Shown: piece by piece, positions 61,201 through 64,000 of the stretch
How the letters are laid out: each line of letters starts with the position of its first letter
How positions within the stretch are numbered: position 1 is the first letter of the stretch
Source: Laetmonice hystrix
Lineage: Eukaryota
DNA: 64,000 bases
Assembly (NCBI GenBank): GCA_965235115.1
Contig: OZ249436.1
Span: 5,148,001 to 5,212,000, forward strand
Reading direction: 5' to 3'
The notes under the pieces: generated by a model
The model's database searches: none
The model's input: only the letters and a program-made list of their open reading frames with translations
What the model was told of the DNA's origin: nothing
Position numbers and translations under genes: made by a program

Positions 61201-63853
61201 ACAATAGATAGGGCTATATCTTTAAAACGGTCAACATAGTTACTATTAATGTTAAAACTATAGAAACCCATGTACGATTTATTAATTGCCATATGCCATT
61301 ACGTATCAAGACGTAATTAAATCAATAGCTGTGTCTCGGAAAATATGAGCCATAAGTGCGTAGTTACTATTGAACTTGAATGGGAACCCAGTTATGTCAT
61401 ATTTTCGGAGGTATAGCCATTACGTCTTGATTATACGTCATGGCATATTGTGGCAGTTGAAAGCTCATACATGAGTTCCGATTCAAGTTAATCCTGGTCC
61501 CAAGAGTAGGGCTCCTCTCTATGATCTGGGCACCGTACCTGATGGACAGCAATAACCCAGCTCCGTGCCGCCACAAACAGCTGTTCGTCCGTCCAGTCTG
61601 GGTTGTTGGCCTTGAATTGACGCGCCTTGAAGTTATGATACCGGAACCACAGCACGCCGAACGTCAACAGAAACGTGTTCTCGTTTCCGCGGGGGTTCCC
61701 GATTTCTGTTAACATAAGGTAGGCCAACGGCATTAAACACATCTCGGCTAAAGGCTATGTAATATAATGTATATATTTTAATGATGTAACCGTTATCAGA
61801 CCCTAATGTAACTTATTTCCACGAGTGTGCTATCGTAGATATTGCATTCGTAAGTCTCATTCTCGTGCTTCATATTAAAGAAGCTCCGTTTCGAACCTAT
61901 TATAAAGGCATAAAGCATTGGAGCCTTCCCTCCGATATGCAATACCTATTATGTTATTATCTGTTATCCGTTTATCTCTTAATGAAGTATTTTTTTATCC
62001 TAAAGGATGCTCGGGGTTCTCCTGATGTTCTGGATCTCGAGCCTTGAGTTTAAAAACTGTTCGTATATCCAAAATAAAAGATATATCCCATTCCAGGTGT
62101 ACGTACTGTAAAAACGGTTAACTGGTTTCAGATAATGATCACGTGGAGGCGGAGGGTTAGCAAAGGGTAGACGGATCTGGTTGTTGGCAGGGTAATAACC
62201 CGGGTCATCACCCGTCCCATCGTAACTGTCGTTAGTGGCCGCTAGGAGGCCATCCTCAAACCTCCTCAGAGCGTCAGTCCACGACTTGGCCGGACCGTAC
62301 ATTAACGTTCCGTCGATAAAGGACGAGATCTCATTGATCTACAAAAGATGATAGGTCCACGTGGTTATTGAATAGAAATACACGTGTGTAAGTGAGGAAA
62401 AGTGACACGGTACAAGGGGTATAGTAAGATATATGCAGTTCCAGCAAAAAACCTCTTCTGACGTTTCTTCATTACGAAATTAGAAACGTGTGTACTCAAT
62501 TGAGTAACATAACTATCCTTAAAGTCTATATTTCAAACAATCTCTGATCTCCTCGCATGACGAAAACTGTTCTCCTTTATGTGAGCTACCTGTTGTCTTG
62601 GGTTGTTGGGAGAGAAGCCAGTCCTCTGATCGTAGCGGGACCGGAGCAGTGGCAATTCCTTGCCGCCTACATCCTCCTGGTCATAGAGAGGGTGCCCACG
62701 TGGAATCTTGATGTTGAAGTATTCAGGCGGGCACCCTGGACGTTGGGCATCGAGAACCTCCTCCACTACTTGCTGACCTGGCAAGGTCAAGCACCAATAC
62801 GAGATGTTCATGTCATCATTAAAATTGAGGTATAGGGCCTACTACTTGCTGACCTGGCAAGATCAAGCACCAATAGGAGATGTTCATGTCATCATTAAAA
62901 TTGAGGTATAGGGCTTATGGGGGCCTACCGTGACCGCAGTCTTTCAAGGCAGAAAATAGTAGGCCTATTGACCACAATATTTATATCAATGTTATATGTA
63001 CGGTAAATTTGTTACCCTTGAACCCAGTATTTGAAAAATTGAGATCTTGTTTGCGCTTGGCGTTCCTGTTTGGCTGGTCTATTCAGGACCGTACCCTATT
63101 CAGGGGACACTGCTTTAAGCTTGAGAAGAGGTTATGGTTTCCAAAGAAAGAATATCTGAACTTGTTTCTATATATCTGATAGATAGCCAGTTACTGTTAC
63201 ACACATAGATAGATACATAGATACTGTCACACACATAGATATCCAGTTACTGTCACACACTTACCAAAGAAAACAAGCAGCGCTGTTCTGCCCCTGTATG
63301 ATGGGAACCCCGTCGATCCATTCATGACACTTTCACTGATGGTGATCGGGTTTGGACGACTTGTTCCGGCTGGCTCGTACACACCATCACTGTACACAGG
63401 GGGTACCCGACGGTAGAGCTGTGTCTCTGCATCAAAGTTATACCCAACGTCTTCACAGTCAGCAAGGAAACAGGTCAGCACGATCATAAAGGATAGCTTG
63501 TTGTAAATCTGATGTTGTATTAAACATAGGCGCCCGAACATATTCAGAGTTTGGGGACCAACTATATCCAATGTGCCCGAGGGGACGAAGCCGAAAGATA
63601 TACTTGCAGGGTTACTCCGATGACCAGTCAAAGCCCACCCTCTCCGCATACAGCTTTACAGCTGGGAGGGCCTTGTTAACAATCTTTGTGATCGGCCATT
63701 CAGTTTGATAGGCATCAATGTATATTATATGGGTCCCACTTTAGCTTCCCTATAGCAGGGACTGGCGCTCACCTGAAGCACCCCAGTCTGGGTGAGCAAA
63801 GTTGTTGAAATATCCATCATATGGACGGTCTTCGATGTATTCATGGTGCTGAC
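42668..63853 (-). CDS. Duox: Dual oxidase (peroxidase-like ectodomain, TM, EF-hands, NOX ferric-reductase/FAD/NADPH domains); signal-peptide exon not identified in window
   Basis: 28 phase-consistent GT-AG exons: 63853-63773, 63426-63265, 62777-62590, 62338-62107, 61705-61539, 60812-60752, 59512-59416, 59239-59146, 58762-58666, 57738-57566, 55885-55704, 55528-55410, 55182-55036, 54908-54792, 50238-50009, 49874-49686, 49361-49133, 48827-48734, 48540-48365, 48246-47953, 47446-47216, 47024-46931, 46777-46446, 45709-45480, 45114-44956, 44553-44398, 43990-43862, 42793-42668 (4586 nt). Motifs: [73 protein letters not shown]-stop. Confidence 0.98.
42800..43431. repeat. 69/48-bp tandem array, 10 copies, abutting the last Duox acceptor
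   Basis: gtaaacgatagg recurs with spacings 69,48,69,69,69,69,48,69,69; the array stops about 5 nt from the AG at 42794-42795. Confidence 0.95.
43429..43575. mobile_element. Hairpin MITE-like element
   Basis: actctgagcaaagctgagctgagc ... gctcagctcagccttgctcagagt inverted ends, plus an internal stem gtgtgttttcc/ggaaaatacac. Confidence 0.55.
46021..46245. repeat. (CT)n-rich microsatellite
   Basis: Direct reading. Confidence 0.9.
46271..46486. repeat. 56-bp tandem array, 4 copies, made of a Duox exon 3' end plus donor
   Basis: Minus-strand unit GATAGAGATAGCCGTGGTCCGAGCTGAACTGCTTCCTTCAG|GTTTGTGGATAAAAT; copies at 46271, 46327, 46383, 46439. Confidence 0.97.
53519..53644. mobile_element. Palindromic MITE-like element
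   Basis: Central palindrome tctgattggctggt-ct-accagccaatcaga with agttccta/taggaact ends; a related half-copy lies at about 55275-55331. Confidence 0.5.
55843..57349. repeat. 49-60-bp tandem array, about 28 copies, made of a Duox acceptor plus exon start
   Basis: Minus-strand unit CTGATTATCTGTTCAG|ATATTTGACCGACTGAGAGATGTGT(ATGAGGAT)AACATTAAC; the last copy runs into exon 55885-55704 ([19 protein letters not shown]). Confidence 0.97.
57824..58071. mobile_element. Short CAGG...CCTG-ended MITE
   Basis: caggcacgtgtccagg ... ctggacacgcgcctg inverted ends, with aatag on both flanks. Confidence 0.55.
59053..59105. repeat. (TAC)n microsatellite
   Basis: Direct reading. Confidence 0.95.
59725..60580. 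mobile_element. Tc1/mariner-type MITE with about 190-bp TIRs
   Basis: TA|tatcgggtggataaaaaaaacgccccgaactttaaactt ... aagtttaaagttcggggcgttttttttatccacccgata|TA; inverted similarity extends to gtggggctaaaaacaaaaatca / tgatttttgtttttagccccac. Confidence 0.85.
61287..61455. mobile_element. Small inverted-repeat element
   Basis: tgccatatgccattacgtatcaagacgtaat versus attacgtcttgattatacgtcatggcatattgtggca. Confidence 0.5.
62765..62914. repeat. Two-copy duplication (76-bp period) of a Duox acceptor plus 13 exon nt
   Basis: actacttgctgacctggcaag...aaaattgaggtatagggc at 62765 and 62841; AG dinucleotides at 62778-62779 and 62854-62855. Confidence 0.93.
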
Positions 63854-64000
63854 CTACAATATACAATATACAACATTAATTCACATGAGTCCCGGAGGAA
63901 CCTGAGCCTGCAACAGATAGTGCCTTTGTTACCCTTCAAAACGGCGTAAAATTAGGCCAAATCCCATATTATATATAGCAAGAGGAACAGCAACTCCAGA

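Overview
Intron-rich animal genomic DNA, probably from a marine invertebrate (inference; not prokaryotic). By hand I could assemble three host genes with phase-consistent GT-AG splicing. (1) A calpain on the minus strand: 8 coding exons visible, ATG at 14419, running off the left edge, with an intact Cys/His/Asn triad. (2) An uncharacterised multipass membrane protein on the plus strand: about 1015 aa, two coding exons, with a signal peptide (33167-36983). (3) A dual oxidase (Duox) on the minus strand: 28 exons visible, about 1528 codons, stop at 42668, first exon beyond the right edge. Calpain intron 2 holds a 6.8-kb CACTG-ended EnSpm/CACTA-type transposon with a nested 1.85-kb foldback element. 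Several MITEs, a probable SINE and a cluster of six co-oriented CTCF-like motifs are also present. The most striking pattern is that almost every large tandem array is an amplified copy of an exon-intron junction. Six donor or acceptor sites in calpain and Duox are repeated 2 to 29 times together with the adjoining exon end, and further arrays abut splice sites. A 5.4-kb array of 70-bp units has the same donor-type structure and may mark an unannotated exon. Most long ORFs over these arrays are by-products of the repeats.
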